A DNA stretch of 64,000 bases from an uncultured Planctomycetaceae bacterium (GTDB lineage: Bacteria; Planctomycetota; Planctomycetia; Planctomycetales; Planctomycetaceae), in the NCBI GenBank assembly GCA_963815195.1, contig CAWFGE010000015.1, positions 224,001-288,000 of the forward strand, written 5' to 3'. The notes under the pieces were generated by a model. It searched no databases and was not told the DNA's origin. It saw only the letters and a list, made by a program, of their open reading frames with translations. Each line of letters starts with the position of its first letter. The stretch's first letter is position 1. This document shows, in pieces, positions 62,594 to 64,000 of this stretch. The translations under genes were made by a program, and so were the position numbers.

Positions 62594-62900
62594 GGCTTTT
62601 TCTTTAGCCCTCAGCACCAAACAATTCCCCTAGCCTGAGCGACCACTTTCAAGGAGACCGATGGCAGTGTGATTTCTGACAAGATCACGAACGTCTTTCC
62701 ACAAGTTGCAATGTTTTCCGTGATGTGGCTACAACCAGCATCTTCAACCATGGAAATAAAGGAAACCGGCTAGCGACCTGAAAACGAGCCGCCGTGACAG
62801 AATCAGATTCGCCGAGCGGCATTCGAAATGCCGCTCGATGCTATCACCGGGCTGGTTAGAGTCTGACTTTGTCACTTCTGCGGACGTTGCGCGTATGTTT

Positions 62901-64000
62901 TTAGGCTGCCAAGGGCAGTCCGTGGTAATGCAATTGGATCATTGTTCCCAACAGTTTTTGACCAAGGGCCGTCGTTCGCCAGCGGCGGGTGCGGGGGATC
63001 TTTGCAATCAGCTTGCGGACGTGCAGGCGTTTCAGGAACCGCGTCACGGCGTTGGCCTCTCGCCGTTGACGATTGCGGTCCGAAGGAAGCCCCCACAAAA
63101 ACTTTCGAATGTCGGCATTCCGAAAGCCCTTGAGCAAGTGATCGCCCGCCATCACCGCTTGGAACAACCGCACGTCCTCCCGCCGCGCGGGATTGAACCC
63201 TTTGTAGCTTCGACCTTGATGCACTTTCGCTTCGGCCAGTTTGGCGACCTCGTGATACGCGGGAGCGGGATCGTCCACCACCGACAAGGCATTGAGGTAG
63301 CGTTCGTTCGCGGCTTTCGCGTGCCGTTGATACTCCGGCAAATTCGCGACGCCTTTGTTCAGGGGAGCCCACACCATTTGGGGCTCGCCGTTCCGCATCC
63401 CCTCGCGGTAGATGCGGAACTCGCGCGGCTGGTTGATCACCGTTTCCACGCGGAGAATTTGGCCAAACTTGTCGTACATCTTCAGCCAGTTGTCTTTCAT
63501 CCGGTGTTTGACCCGCGCCCCCGGATCGCGCTTCTTCTTGACATCGGTCAGAACTTCCCCTTGGAAGTTGCCATGAAGTTTTCGGCCCAGAAACGTGAGA
63601 ATGTCACTAGCCGAGAAACTGACCACGGCGTGATCGATCAGCCGTGGATAAAGTTCGCCGAGCGATTTTTTGTCGGCGAAAAGAACGTCCGAGGCGTATT
63701 CCGCCTGGTCGATGACCCAGTAGTAGGTGTGATCGCTCAAAAAGCCGTCGGGCCCCACCACGGGATTGACCTGCCGAGCCCATCCGGCCAGTTGCTTGAC
63801 CCAGTTGAGTTGGGCAAAGCGGTCGGCCATTTTCTGAGCGGCTTTGGGGTTTTCCAATTCGATAAAGGCGTTGTCTTTTTGGACGAAACCCAGCCCCGCC
63901 TTCTGCATCTTTCGGGCCAGCCAATCGTGGCCGTTGACGTAGACTTGAATGCCGTAGGGAAACCAGGTCTCCAGGCGGATGTGCATCAAGCCGAACTTCC
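62901..64000 (-). CDS. Putative mobile-element protein (5' end outside window) with C-terminal winged HTH
   Basis: FGLMHIRL.TWFPY..NGHDWLAR, KMYDK..LRVETVIN, GFRNADIR..RLHVRKLI.KIPRTRRW; opposite strand to the neighbouring cluster. Confidence 0.6.
   Translation of the reverse strand, partial: KFGLMHIRLETWFPYGIQVYVNGHDWLARKMQKAGLGFVQKDNAFIELENPKAAQKMADRFAQLNWVKQLAGWARQVNPVVGPDGFLSDHTYYWVIDQAEYASDVLFADKKSLGELYPRLIDHAVVSFSASDILTFLGRKLHGNFQGEVLTDVKKKRDPGARVKHRMKDNWLKMYDKFGQILRVETVINQPREFRIYREGMRNGEPQMVWAPLNKGVANLPEYQRHAKAANERYLNALSVVDDPAPAYHEVAKLAEAKVHQGRSYKGFNPARREDVRLFQAVMAGDHLLKGFRNADIRKFLWGLPSDRNRQRREANAVTRFLKRLHVRKLIAKIPRTRRWRTTALGQKLLGTMIQLHYHGLPLAA

Noticed and set aside
36707..64000. Complete prophage or conjugative ICE
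   Set aside because: No capsid, portal, large terminase, tail, relaxase or T4SS genes recognised within the window.

Overview
This window looks like a GC-rich Planctomycetota chromosome segment (assignment inferred from gene style and repeat types) with three zones. (1) About 1-21.4 kb and 29.3-35.1 kb carry core and metabolic genes: lipB, lipA, alpha/beta hydrolase, pepT, UDP-glucuronate decarboxylase, LarA-like protein, Ser/Thr kinase, apgM, mutL, transglutaminase-like protein, HEAT-repeat protein, VOC, YqgE/AlgH, ThuA-sulfatase, dgoD and a class II glutamine amidotransferase. REP-like palindromes and 7-mer repeats are scattered among them. (2) About 21.6-29.3 kb is a decayed toxin-tip/immunity-like array: a metzincin (HEIGHHFGLKH) C-terminal fragment whose 3' end recurs three times, three paralogous secreted ankyrin-repeat genes, and an IS3 and an IS4 that each split a gene. 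(3) From about 35.1 kb to the end there are stacked integrative elements separated by copies of a tRNA-Ser-like 3' end. These are a decayed integrase/kinase/phosphatase remnant, a 13.2-kb satellite-like element (tyrosine integrase, primase-DUF3987, excisionase) carrying a type I R-M system, and a large-serine-recombinase element. The last carries a DUF1257-DUF2997-AAA ATPase-DUF3150-like block followed by an apparently complete ubiquitin-like conjugation cassette (Ubl, E2-like protein fused to ten CxxC motifs, JAB/JAMM protease, ThiF/E1), which is the most interesting system here. Many genes, including housekeeping ones, have single frameshifts, so sequencing or assembly indels are likely and pseudogene status is uncertain. 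Family names come from motif recognition only; no database searches were run.
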